From NCBI GenBank assembly GCA_964520005.1, contig CAZFMB010000008.1, positions 10,661 through 74,660 on the forward strand: a DNA stretch of 64,000 bases, written 5' to 3'. Source of the stretch: an uncultured Terracidiphilus sp. (GTDB taxonomy: Bacteria > Acidobacteriota > Terriglobia > Terriglobales > Acidobacteriaceae). Position 1 is the stretch's first letter. Every line of letters begins with the position of its first letter. The translations under genes and the position numbers were made by a program. Below are positions 18,805-27,696 of this stretch, one piece after another. Below the pieces are notes generated by a model, which saw nothing but the letters and a program-made list of their open reading frames with translations, was not told where the DNA came from and made no database searches.

Positions 18805-20792
18805 TAGACATTTCGCTTTCTTCCAGTCCTGTTCGTTTCTTAGCCGCTGCTCTGTTGGTGCTTGCATGCCAGCCCGCCCACGCCAACTGGTTTGGCGGCA
18901 AGCAGGACCCTCCGCAGTGGGGCCTCGACGCCGCCAAGACTCCCACCCCCGCTAACGTCAAGGATGCCGCCTCTGTCATCCTCTATGACGAGTACCTCGA
19001 AACCGTAGACGCCCAGGGCCGCGCCACCGAGCGCGAGCGCGTGGTCAGGCGCATCCTCAAGCCACAGGGCCGCGGCGATGCATACTGCTTGGTCTCCTTC
19101 GACGTGGACGAAAAAATCAACTACTTCCGCGAATGGACCATCGCCGCGGACCAGAAGCAATATCAAGCCCAGGACACCGATTTCATCGACGTAGGAAACC
19201 CCGGCAGCTCCACCATGCTCACCACTCACAAAGTCCGCGGCGTAAATCCTCCCGCCGCCGATGTCGGCGCCACCATCATCTGCGAGTCCGAGAAGTTAGT
19301 CGCGCCCTACCTACAGGAGACAGTCTGGCAAATCCAGGATCATGTTCCCGTCGTCTTCCAAGCCCTTGAGGTTGACCTGCCCGCCGGCCGCGCGCACTCC
19401 GAGGCATGGCACAGATACACGCCCGTAAAGCCCGTCGAGGTTGCTCCCAATCACTGGCGCTGGGAGATTAAAGATATGCCCGCCCTAAACCTGCGCGACG
19501 TAAAATCTCATCCCGAATGGGAAGCTCTCGCCGCCCGCATGTCCGTCCAATGGGGCGATGCCGCCGTGGACGGCAAAGACAATCAATGGCGCGCCATCGG
19601 TCAGTGGACAACTGCGCTGCAAGAGCATCGCACCGACCCCTCGCCCGAAATCACCGCCCAAACCCAAAGCCTTATCGCCGGAGCGCCCGACTTCGTCTCC
19701 AAGCTCACCCGCATCACCGAGTACATCCAGAAAAACATCCGTTACTTCATCGTCATGCGCGGCATCGGCGGATTGCAGGCGCATCCCGCATCCGACATCT
19801 TCCGCAATCGCTACGGCGACTGCAAAGACAAAACCACCCTGCTCATCTCCATGCTCCAGGTCGCCGGCATACACGCCTTTTACATGCCTGTCGACAGTCG
19901 CCGCGACGTCGTCGATCCCGATGCGCCATCCCTTTTCGGCAATCACATGATTACCGCTATCGAGATTCCCGCCGATGTGCAGGACCCGCGACTCAAGGCC
20001 ATCGTCAAAGCCAAAGACGGCAAGCGATACCTCATCTTCGACCCAACCGACGAGCGCACACCCGTCGGCAATCTGCCTTCGGAAGAGCAAGGTAGCTATG
20101 GCATCCTCGCCGCCGGACCCGCAAGTCAGATCATTGCCCTACCCGTGCTTGATCCGGATGCCAACGGCACAGAACAAAAAGGTACATTCACTCTCGCGCT
20201 CGACGGCACCCTGACCGGCTCCATCGATACCTCTTCTATCGGACCCAAAGGCGCCGGTCTGCGCGAGTTCCTCAAGTACACCGACGAAAAGGAGCGACGC
20301 CAATACTGGGAGAAGTACGTAGCTACATCTCTTCCCGGCGTCACTCTCGACACTTTTCAATTTGTCCAGCCCGCTGCCCTAGACAAACCCCTCGAGTTCC
20401 ACTACAAGGTCACCGCCCGCCAATACTCCCATCAAGCCGGTCCGCTCCTGCTCGTCCGCCCCCGCGTCATCGGCTCCTATGCTGAGGCCTTCGACGACAA
20501 GCCGCGCATCTATCCCATCGATCTCGACGCCACCGGTCGCTGGCATGCCAGCTTCGACATCACCATCCCGCCCGGTTATGTCGTCGATGAAACGCCCGAC
20601 CCTATCTCGCTGGATCTTGACTTCGCCAGCTACCGCTCCTCGGTCACGGCCAAAGGAAGTCTCCTCCACTACGAGCGCGAATACGTCGTTCGCCAGGTCG
20701 AACTCCCGCCCGCCAAATACGCCGATTTCCGCCACCTTGAATCCGTCATCCTTTCCGACGAAAAAAACGCCGCCGTCCTCAAAAAACAGTAG
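18801..20792 (+). CDS. DUF3857 / transglutaminase-like protein, paralog 4 (Cys-His-Asp triad intact)
   Basis: Start MIDISLSSSPVRFLAAALLVLACQPAHA (signal peptide) at 18801. Core YGDCKDKTTLLISMLQVAGI, then GNHMITAIEI and LIFDPTDE. The upstream part of the listed ORF (18603-18800) overlaps paralog 3. Confidence 0.75.
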   Translation: MIDISLSSSPVRFLAAALLVLACQPAHANWFGGKQDPPQWGLDAAKTPTPANVKDAASVILYDEYLETVDAQGRATERERVVRRILKPQGRGDAYCLVSFDVDEKINYFREWTIAADQKQYQAQDTDFIDVGNPGSSTMLTTHKVRGVNPPAADVGATIICESEKLVAPYLQETVWQIQDHVPVVFQALEVDLPAGRAHSEAWHRYTPVKPVEVAPNHWRWEIKDMPALNLRDVKSHPEWEALAARMSVQWGDAAVDGKDNQWRAIGQWTTALQEHRTDPSPEITAQTQSLIAGAPDFVSKLTRITEYIQKNIRYFIVMRGIGGLQAHPASDIFRNRYGDCKDKTTLLISMLQVAGIHAFYMPVDSRRDVVDPDAPSLFGNHMITAIEIPADVQDPRLKAIVKAKDGKRYLIFDPTDERTPVGNLPSEEQGSYGILAAGPASQIIALPVLDPDANGTEQKGTFTLALDGTLTGSIDTSSIGPKGAGLREFLKYTDEKERRQYWEKYVATSLPGVTLDTFQFVQPAALDKPLEFHYKVTARQYSHQAGPLLLVRPRVIGSYAEAFDDKPRIYPIDLDATGRWHASFDITIPPGYVVDETPDPISLDLDFASYRSSVTAKGSLLHYEREYVVRQVELPPAKYADFRHLESVILSDEKNAAVLKKQ

Positions 20793-20807
20793 CCTCTATA
20801 TGTCCGG

Positions 20808-20860
20808 GTGCCCCACCTTCGCCGATGTGCGTTCTTTGCACATCGGTTAAGGTGGGGCAC
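20808..20860. repeat. CCCC...GTTCTTT...GGGG REP-type hairpin (long form)
   Basis: GTGCCCCACCTTCGCCGATGTGC-GTTCTTT-GCACATCGGTTAAGGTGGGGCAC, downstream of paralog 4. Confidence 0.8.
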
Positions 20861-20991
20861 CTACAATTACAGCTCTTTGTAGCTCGGTGCAGTCCCCCCT
20901 CGACTCTACCCACTTTCCGTTATAGAATTCTTGCAATCAATTTTCACAACTCTCTACAGGTCTCTAATTTTCTGCACGCAAAGGAAGTCTC

Positions 20992-23028
20992 ATGCGGATC
21001 TCTGCTCTTGTGCGCTACCTGCCCCTGCTTTTCGCCCTCATGTCTCCGGCTTTCCTGCGTTGCCAGTTCCAGCAGCCCACCGACCAAGAGCTCAAGATGA
21101 CCTCCGATCCCAAGGCCCCCGGAGCCGCCGCCGTCTACCTCAACGTAGAGGAAATCACCGACGATCCGCACAGCTCTCAAAGCTTTTACGCCCGCATCAA
21201 GGTGCTTACCGAGAAGGGCAAGGAGCTGGCCATTGTCGATCTCCCCCCTTATCTGCGCGGCACATCCAAGATTACAGACATTAAAGCCCGCACCATCCAC
21301 CCCGACGGAACTGTCATTCCCTTAATCGGCAAGCCACAGGACCTATTGGTCGTCAAGGGAAAAACCGGCAAAGATGAGCAAATACAGGTCAACCGCAAGG
21401 TTTTCACTTTGCCCAGCGTCGAGGTTGGCAGCATCCTCGAGTACGCCTATACAATCCAGAATGACGAAAATATCTGCTCCTCTCCCCACTGGGAGATTCA
21501 GCGGCCCTACTTCGTACACAAGGCCCACTACTTCTTTACGCCCTCAAGGCAATTCCTGCGCGGAAGCCTGAATCAGTCCAACCTGTATATGGAGGACGAA
21601 CATCAGCGCTTAATCAACTCTATTATCTGGTGGAAACATCTTCCTGCGGGTGTGTCCGTGAAATCAGACACCTCCGGCCATTTCAGTCTCGATATCACCG
21701 ATGTTCCTCCCGCTCCCGATGAGGAGTGGATGCCTCCCGTTGAGAGCGTTCTTTATAGGGTGTTCTTTTATTACAAAGCCGCCAGCAGCTCAAGCGATTT
21801 TTGGATCAACGACGCCAAGCTCTGGTCCAGGGACGTGGATAAATTCGCCGAACCTTCCAATTCCATCAAGCAAGCGGTCTCCAGCCTGATTGCCCCAGCC
21901 GACACGGACCTCGACAAGGCAAAGAAACTCTACAAAGCAGTCCAGGCCCTTGACAACACCGACTATACACGCAGGAAATCTGAATCCGAAATGAAGCAGC
22001 TCAACCTGAAGGCCGCAAGGCACGCCGAAGATATCTGGGCGCAGAAAAGCGGCTCGAGCGAGGACATCGCCCTCCTCTACCTCGCCATGCTCCGCGCAGC
22101 GGGCCTCACCGCCTATGCCACTAAGGTCGTTGATCGTCAGCGCAGTGTCTTCGACATTTCCTACCTCTCTTTATCCCAGCTAAACAGTACAATTGTGATT
22201 CTCAATTCCGATGGAAAAGAAATCTACCTCGACCCCGGTGAAAAGATGTGCCCCTTCGGGACCGTAAACTGGAGGCACTCCAGTGCCGGCGGCCTTACGC
22301 AGTCCGCAAAAGGCGTCTTGGGTATCACAACCAGAACCCAGCCCTATGCCGAGAACAAAACTTTGCGCATTGGCGATGTCTTCCTCGACTCCAACGGAGC
22401 CATCACCAGCAACTTCCACTTTGTTATGACCGGCCAGGTTGCCCTTTACTGGCGTCAAAAAGCCCTTGCCAACGACGAAGCTGAAGTCAAAAAACTCTTC
22501 GACAAGTCACTCGAATCCATCTTCCCCGACGGTGTCGAAGCCCACATCGATCACTTCACCGGGCTCGACGATCCCGACGTGGACCTGATCGCCATCATCA
22601 ATGCAAAAGGCGCCATCGGTGTCGCCTCCTCCAAACGCCTCATGCTCCCTGCATTCTTCTTCCAGACACGCGGCTCGCATCCTTTCACCGCTCAGGAAAA
22701 ACGCACTCAGCCCGTCGATATGCAATATGGCGATTTAGTTTCCGATCAGGTCATCTATCACCTGCCCGACGGCTTTGCAGTCGAAGGCGCGCCTCAGGAC
22801 GCCCAGATTCCCTGGCCACAACGCGCGAATTTCATAACCAAATCCACCCCCGCACCCCGCTCAATCACCATCAACCGATCGCTGGCCCGCGCCTTTACCT
22901 TCGCCAAGCCTGAGGAATACCAGGACCTCCGCGCCTTTTATCAGAAAATCGCCGCAGCCGACCAGGCCCAGATCGTCCTCTCCAAATCCGCTCCAGCCCC
23001 CGCGCCTCCCGCGCCGAAAGGCAACTGA
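20992..23028 (+). CDS. DUF3857 / transglutaminase-like protein, paralog 5 (Cys and His absent)
   Basis: Closest to paralog 1. Core reads SGSSEDIALLYLAMLRAAGL. The C-terminus APKGN is shared with paralogs 1 and 2. Confidence 0.7.
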   Translation: MRISALVRYLPLLFALMSPAFLRCQFQQPTDQELKMTSDPKAPGAAAVYLNVEEITDDPHSSQSFYARIKVLTEKGKELAIVDLPPYLRGTSKITDIKARTIHPDGTVIPLIGKPQDLLVVKGKTGKDEQIQVNRKVFTLPSVEVGSILEYAYTIQNDENICSSPHWEIQRPYFVHKAHYFFTPSRQFLRGSLNQSNLYMEDEHQRLINSIIWWKHLPAGVSVKSDTSGHFSLDITDVPPAPDEEWMPPVESVLYRVFFYYKAASSSSDFWINDAKLWSRDVDKFAEPSNSIKQAVSSLIAPADTDLDKAKKLYKAVQALDNTDYTRRKSESEMKQLNLKAARHAEDIWAQKSGSSEDIALLYLAMLRAAGLTAYATKVVDRQRSVFDISYLSLSQLNSTIVILNSDGKEIYLDPGEKMCPFGTVNWRHSSAGGLTQSAKGVLGITTRTQPYAENKTLRIGDVFLDSNGAITSNFHFVMTGQVALYWRQKALANDEAEVKKLFDKSLESIFPDGVEAHIDHFTGLDDPDVDLIAIINAKGAIGVASSKRLMLPAFFFQTRGSHPFTAQEKRTQPVDMQYGDLVSDQVIYHLPDGFAVEGAPQDAQIPWPQRANFITKSTPAPRSITINRSLARAFTFAKPEEYQDLRAFYQKIAAADQAQIVLSKSAPAPAPPAPKGN

Positions 23029-23169
23029 CAACCGCTTGGCACTCACAAATTGCCAGTTATCTTTTCAACAAACTTGGTTCATCTTGCAACTTTTCCTTCG
23101 CCCATCCTGCCAACCTGGGCCTATACTTCCTCTAGAGCAGGATTTTCACCACGGTTGCTCGTCTTCGCC

Positions 23170-23694
23170 ATGGCCATGCAACTTCCCCAGAATCGCGCTC
23201 CAGAATCGCCCGCAATCCCCGACCGCCTCTACTTCAAGATTGGCGACGTCGCCCGCATCTGCGGCGTTGAAGCCTATGTCCTGCGCTTTTGGGAATCCCA
23301 GTTTCCCCAGCTCAAGCCCAACAAAAGCGGCGCCGGCCAGCGCCTATACCGCCGCAAAGATGTTGAGCTAGTATTGAAGATCAAGCACCTGGTCCACACC
23401 GAGGGCTACACCCTCTCCGGCGCTCGTCAGGCATTGGAGCAGGCCCACACCCGCAAGTCGCCCCCGACAGAGCAACACTCCAAATTGCCGCAGTTAGCCG
23501 TTGTCCCCGCCCAGCCCGCTTCTACCCGGTCGCGGGATGAGGCCGCCGCCACCATCGCCCATGCCCGCAATGAACTCCGCGAAATTGCCGGCATGCTCGC
23601 CTCGCCTGAGCCTCAGTCGCCGCAGCTTCCGCCACGACGCCGCTCCCGCCTCGCCACCATGCCCTCCAAATCAGACACACTTTTCCCGCTTTAA
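23170..23694 (+). CDS. MerR-family transcriptional regulator
   Basis: [54 protein letters not shown] is a MerR-type HTH. Start taken at MAMQLPQ (23170); the listed 23050 start is an extension. Confidence 0.8.
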   Translation: MAMQLPQNRAPESPAIPDRLYFKIGDVARICGVEAYVLRFWESQFPQLKPNKSGAGQRLYRRKDVELVLKIKHLVHTEGYTLSGARQALEQAHTRKSPPTEQHSKLPQLAVVPAQPASTRSRDEAAATIAHARNELREIAGMLASPEPQSPQLPPRRRSRLATMPSKSDTLFPL

Positions 23695-24101
23695 TCGCCG
23701 CCCCGCTCAAAGCTCAGTGAAGCCGAGTTGATGCAATACCTCAGCCCCGTCGGCCGCGGACCATCCGGAAAAACATGCCCCAAATGTCCGCCGCACCGCG
23801 CGCACGTCACCTCCACGCGACGCATTCCCAGGCTCAAGTCCTCATGCTCCACAACCGCCTTCGAGTTCGCCGGTAGCATGAAGCTCGGCCATCCGCACCC
23901 TGAATCGAACTTCGCCCCGCTCAGAAACAGCAGCGCCCCGCAGCCCGCGCAGTGGTAGTTGCCTGTCTCCTGATTCTCCTCCAGCGTCCCGGTGAACGGC
24001 CGCTCCGTGCCTTTTTCGCGCAGCACTCGATACTGTTCCGGCGACAGCCGCGCACGCCACTCCGCCTCCGTCAGCGTCACCTTCTCAGGCATCTCGCTCA
24101 T
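23691..24101 (-). CDS. msrB: peptide-methionine (R)-S-oxide reductase
   Basis: CAGCG...GCGWPSF...[21 protein letters not shown]...RYCINS. Confidence 0.9.
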   Translation of the reverse strand: MSEMPEKVTLTEAEWRARLSPEQYRVLREKGTERPFTGTLEENQETGNYHCAGCGALLFLSGAKFDSGCGWPSFMLPANSKAVVEHEDLSLGMRRVEVTCARCGGHLGHVFPDGPRPTGLRYCINSASLSFERGGD

Positions 24102-24293
24102 GCAGCCTCCTGCACCTCATGCTCATTGGATGCATTCCGCCGCAAAAATGTATGTGGGTTTTCTTGAAGACTCTATATATATGGATCTCCCGACTTAGTT
24201 ATCATTCTGAACTGTCCGAAGCTTCATCTAAACAGTACCAAGTGTCTGGAAGCAACTTCGCTGGGGCGTCTATTCCCTACTCCCTGCCGGGGT

Positions 24294-24322
24294 CCCCGGC
24301 GAATGATCTTTATTCGCTGGGG
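24294..24322. repeat. CCCC...GATCTTT...GGGG REP-type hairpin
   Basis: CCCCGGCGAAT-GATCTTT-ATTCGCTGGGG, between msrB and ridA. Confidence 0.7.
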
Positions 24323-24338
24323 TGGCTACTCCCTGCTT

Positions 24339-24731
24339 TTATACAACCTCCGCCACCAGCTCAATCTCCACCAGCATATCCTTGGGCAGTCGTGAAACCT
24401 CCACGGTCGTCCGCGCCGGTGGCGCCATGCCCTTCGCCCCTAGATAAGTCTCATACACCGCGTTCATGGCCGCAAAATCCTTCATGTCACTCAGGTACAC
24501 GGTCGCCTTGACTGCTTTGTCCAGGCTCGTGCCTGCCTTTTCCAGAATGGCTTTCAGGTTTTCCATGGCGCGAGCGGTCTGTTCGGCAATCCCGCCCGGC
24601 TCTGCCTGCCTCGTCTTCGGATCCACGCCCAACTGTCCGGCTGTGAAGACGAGGTTCCCCGAGAGCACCGCCTGTGAATACGGCCCTATCGCCGCGGGAG
24701 CTTTATCGGTTGCAATGACGTGTTTGCTCAT
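24339..24731 (-). CDS. ridA: RidA/YjgF family reactive-intermediate deaminase
   Basis: KAPAAIGPYSQAV...FTAGQLG...ARTTVEVSRLPKDMLVEIE; 130 aa. Confidence 0.85.
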   Translation of the reverse strand: MSKHVIATDKAPAAIGPYSQAVLSGNLVFTAGQLGVDPKTRQAEPGGIAEQTARAMENLKAILEKAGTSLDKAVKATVYLSDMKDFAAMNAVYETYLGAKGMAPPARTTVEVSRLPKDMLVEIELVAEVV

Positions 24732-24755
24732 GCCACCATTGTAGCCTCAAAGCTA

Positions 24756-25160
24756 TCAGCGCCACACCGCCAGTAGGATGCTGCTGCCCACCACCGCTGT
24801 CAGCCAGTAGCCCGCATTGATCGCCAGCAGCTTGTACGAACGCTGCTCGAAGATCGTCTCCGACAACAGCGGCATCGCAATGAACCCCAGCCAGCAGATG
24901 ACGCCTACGAATGCGCCCCCGTGAATGTGCGCCACATCCGACCAAATCACCACATGCGCCAGCATAAACGCCAGCACCAGTCCGCCGATGAACGACGCGA
25001 TCATGCCAACAACCGCCGCCTTGGGACGCGACCCAGCCTTGTGGCCGGTCAGCGCCATCCACGGCTTGGCAAAAAACAGCGAGTACCACAGCGCGCCCAG
25101 TATCCACTGATACAAGGCTGCAACCAGGATGGCTAGGGGATTGAAGTGAAAATGATGCAT
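24756..25160 (-). CDS. DUF1761-like membrane protein
   Basis: From Met at 25160: MHHFHFNPLAILVAALYQWILGALWYSLFFAKPWMALTG, with 4 predicted TM helices. The upstream part of the listed ORF looks non-coding. Confidence 0.55.
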   Translation of the reverse strand: MHHFHFNPLAILVAALYQWILGALWYSLFFAKPWMALTGHKAGSRPKAAVVGMIASFIGGLVLAFMLAHVVIWSDVAHIHGGAFVGVICWLGFIAMPLLSETIFEQRSYKLLAINAGYWLTAVVGSSILLAVWR

Positions 25161-25362
25161 CCGGTTTCCTCCATCGCGACCATGAATCGCGTTTTTTGAT
25201 ATTGACGTCCCCGCAAATTCCCTGTCAAGCAGAATCCCGCCGAGTAGCTCCAAGATTTTCACAATTCGAATAATGGATGGGGCGCCGCTGACTCGCTGAC
25301 TTGCTAACTCGCTTCCACTTACCCCACACCCTCCCGGCCCTTGGCGTACACTAGTTGTCAAC

Positions 25363-26100
25363 ATGATCTCCCCCCTCGCCATGGACCTCTACGCCGGTCT
25401 CGGTGCAACCGCAGGACTCGCTCTGGCCGCCGGCGGCTTCGCTTACGCCTCCCTCCATCCCGCATCGCAACTCTTCGGTTCCTCGCTCATCGCCCCGCCG
25501 CATCCCGGTGAACTCGCCCTCACCTTCGACGACGGCCCCAACCCCATCTGGACCCCGCGCCTCCTCGATCTCCTCTCCCGTCGCGGCGTCCGCGCCACCT
25601 TCTTTCTCGTCGGCAGCTACGCCCAATCCCATCCCGATCTCGTCCGCCAGATCGCCGCCGCCGGCCACTCCATCGGCAATCACTCCTGGTCCCATCTCAA
25701 CCTGGCCCTCGCCTCCTCACGCCAAATTGAAGACCAGCTCTACCGCACCATTCAAACTCTCGAGGAAATCACCGGCCTGCCTATCTGCTTCTTCCGTCCG
25801 CCCTTCGGAGCACGCCGCCCCGCAACCCTCAGCATCGCCCGCCGCCTCGGCCTCACCCCCGTCCTCTGGAACGCCATGACCTCCGACTGGAAAAATCCCT
25901 CCGCCGACGCCATCGCCCTCAATCTGCAAGCCAAAATCGACCGCCTCTACCGCCAGGGACAAGCCGCCAACATCGTCCTCCACGACGGCAGCCACTCCCA
26001 CTCCTCCGCCGACCGCGCCCCCTCCATAGCCGCCGCCGCCCAACTCATCGCCCGCTACCAACCCACCCACCAGTTCGTCACCCTCGACGCCTGGGCCTAG
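25363..26100 (+). CDS. polysaccharide deacetylase (NodB homology domain)
   Basis: LTFDDGPNP...TFFLVG...GHSIGNHSWSH...FFRPPFG motifs. Confidence 0.85.
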   Translation: MISPLAMDLYAGLGATAGLALAAGGFAYASLHPASQLFGSSLIAPPHPGELALTFDDGPNPIWTPRLLDLLSRRGVRATFFLVGSYAQSHPDLVRQIAAAGHSIGNHSWSHLNLALASSRQIEDQLYRTIQTLEEITGLPICFFRPPFGARRPATLSIARRLGLTPVLWNAMTSDWKNPSADAIALNLQAKIDRLYRQGQAANIVLHDGSHSHSSADRAPSIAAAAQLIARYQPTHQFVTLDAWA

Positions 26101-26570
26101 CACTCGGGCCACATCGCCATGTATTGTGTCAGGGCACGACTTCACAGCTTGCGGAAAAAAGAACCAGCATGGTTACACATCAAGATTCTACGAATCACTC
26201 GGAGCGGAATTAAAGGACTTACGAGCCCTTGTCCCGGCCGAAAATCATCGAAATTACTACTTTGATTCTTTTTTCCGCAAGCTGTTCAGTGAAGATTATG
26301 CACTTGACACAGACATAGATTTGTACTGCGATTGATTGTAATGACAAGTGGCGAATTGTTATATCTTGATAGGACTGTTTAAGAAAAGGCGCATCTTTCG
26401 CCTTATATACCCATTTAAGGAAATACTCAACACTTTATAGTCAGTTTTCCACATATATTTTGCATGGTCTGTGGATAACTTATTGCGCAATTGGTGAAAC
26501 AAGTCGATAATTCGGGAAGGACGTAGGAAGGTTTGCTCCTTTCGCCTACGCTCCCAATTCTCTACGCTGA

Positions 26571-26594
26571 GAGGCTCCGCAAGGAGCCTCTTTT
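26571..26594. terminator. GC hairpin + T-run (intrinsic-terminator-like)
   Basis: GAGGCTCC-GCAA-GGAGCCTC followed by TTTT on the plus strand. It lies 4 nt beyond the stop of the minus-strand NYN gene. Confidence 0.5.
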
Positions 26595-26597
26595 GCG

Positions 26598-27329
26598 TTA
26601 GCACGTTTTTTCGAGGAAATCTCGCAATGCTGCCACATCAACTATTTGTAAACCCCTAGATTTAAGGGCATTCAGTTCTGATGCAATATGCCTAGCCGTA
26701 CCGAATACGCTAACTTGGCGTTTTGCGTTAAGAATGACTGTCAATGGATCAGCGAAATCGCTATCCCCACTGAAAAGACAAAAGCTGTCCGCCTCATTGA
26801 GCTGAAAGGCGATACGCATATCAGTTCCAATCTCAACATCAAAGTTGCATTTCCAGCACTCCAGGTGCAACAAACCGCTCCCATTCAAGGTTCTTAATTC
26901 GTTGTTGAGGCAAGCAATTGTCTGCTCACTTAATCGGTTGAGCAATGTTTTGTCTATAAAGTTCGAAAGGGGGTCTTTGGAGAGCGGATCGGCAACATTT
27001 GAAACGTCAATCGATAGCTGCATCTTTTTTACTGCTTTGGTGCGGATCGTGTATCCGCACCTATGCACGAAGGTCATGAAACGGTTGGCGCTCTCATCTT
27101 TGCGTAGTGTTCCAAAGTAGAATCGCACTTCTTTTACGCCAAAGGAATCGAGAAAATCCTTGAGTTTTTTCAGATCGATTTCCCACCCAAGCCTTTTTCT
27201 CCACTCTCGAACATTACCAAAATCGATATATACAATGGTCCGCTCTGTAAGTAGTTTTTCGAGCAAAGACACCCGCTCCGCGTGGTTCCCTGCGGCGAAC
27301 CCCAACGCGAAAGTCTTAGGTTTGAACAT
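26598..27329 (-). CDS. NYN (LabA/DUF88, PIN-like) domain nuclease
   Basis: The conserved acidic positions occur in canonical order: VYIDFGNV, KCNFDVEIGTDM, LFSGDSDFADPL, followed by VSVFG. AT-rich gene, co-directional with and 68 bp downstream of the CRISPR array. Confidence 0.7.
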   Translation of the reverse strand: MFKPKTFALGFAAGNHAERVSLLEKLLTERTIVYIDFGNVREWRKRLGWEIDLKKLKDFLDSFGVKEVRFYFGTLRKDESANRFMTFVHRCGYTIRTKAVKKMQLSIDVSNVADPLSKDPLSNFIDKTLLNRLSEQTIACLNNELRTLNGSGLLHLECWKCNFDVEIGTDMRIAFQLNEADSFCLFSGDSDFADPLTVILNAKRQVSVFGTARHIASELNALKSRGLQIVDVAALRDFLEKTC

Positions 27330-27397
27330 TTTTTAACCCATATGGAGCATGAGGATCATAATACAGGGAAGCAAGGGGGAGGGTATGTCCCTCAGAG

Positions 27398-27696
27398 GTT
27401 TCCGTCAGCCGTGAATGGACGCCACTCTACGGCTGTCGCTCACTCGCAGACCGCTCCCTGTGCGTTTCAGTCAGCCGTGAATGGACGCCCCTCTACAGCC
27501 ATTTCTCCTGCTGTGCCGTTATTGTGAGGTTTCAGTCAGCCGTGAATGGACGCCCCTCTACAGCCGGCGGCGGGCGGGCGAGGGCGAGTTTGCGGTTTCA
27601 GTCAGCCGTGAATGGTCGCCCCTCTACAGCGAAATTGGTGAACTAACCCGCACGAAAGAAGTTTCAGTCAGCCGTGAATGGACGCCCCTCTACAGC
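27398..27696. CRISPR. CRISPR array, 5 x 36-bp repeats, 4 spacers
   Basis: Repeat GTTTCAGTCAGCCGTGAATGGACGCCCCTCTACAGC at 27398-27433 (3 mismatches), 27464-27499, 27529-27564, 27595-27630 (1 mismatch) and 27661-27696. Spacers are unique and 30, 29, 30 and 30 bp long. The repeat has no internal palindrome. Confidence 0.85.

Noticed and set aside
26470-26478. Perfect DnaA box TGTGGATAA
   Set aside because: A single isolated 9-mer inside the AT-rich islet. No cluster, no unwinding element and no dnaA nearby. Expected by chance in AT-rich DNA.
26359-26604. 81-aa minus-strand ORF overlapping the NYN gene stop
   Set aside because: Its N-terminus (QKRLLAEPLS) is encoded by the GAGGCTCC-GCAA-GGAGCCTC terminator hairpin. 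The rest is AT-rich with no motifs. Most likely non-coding.
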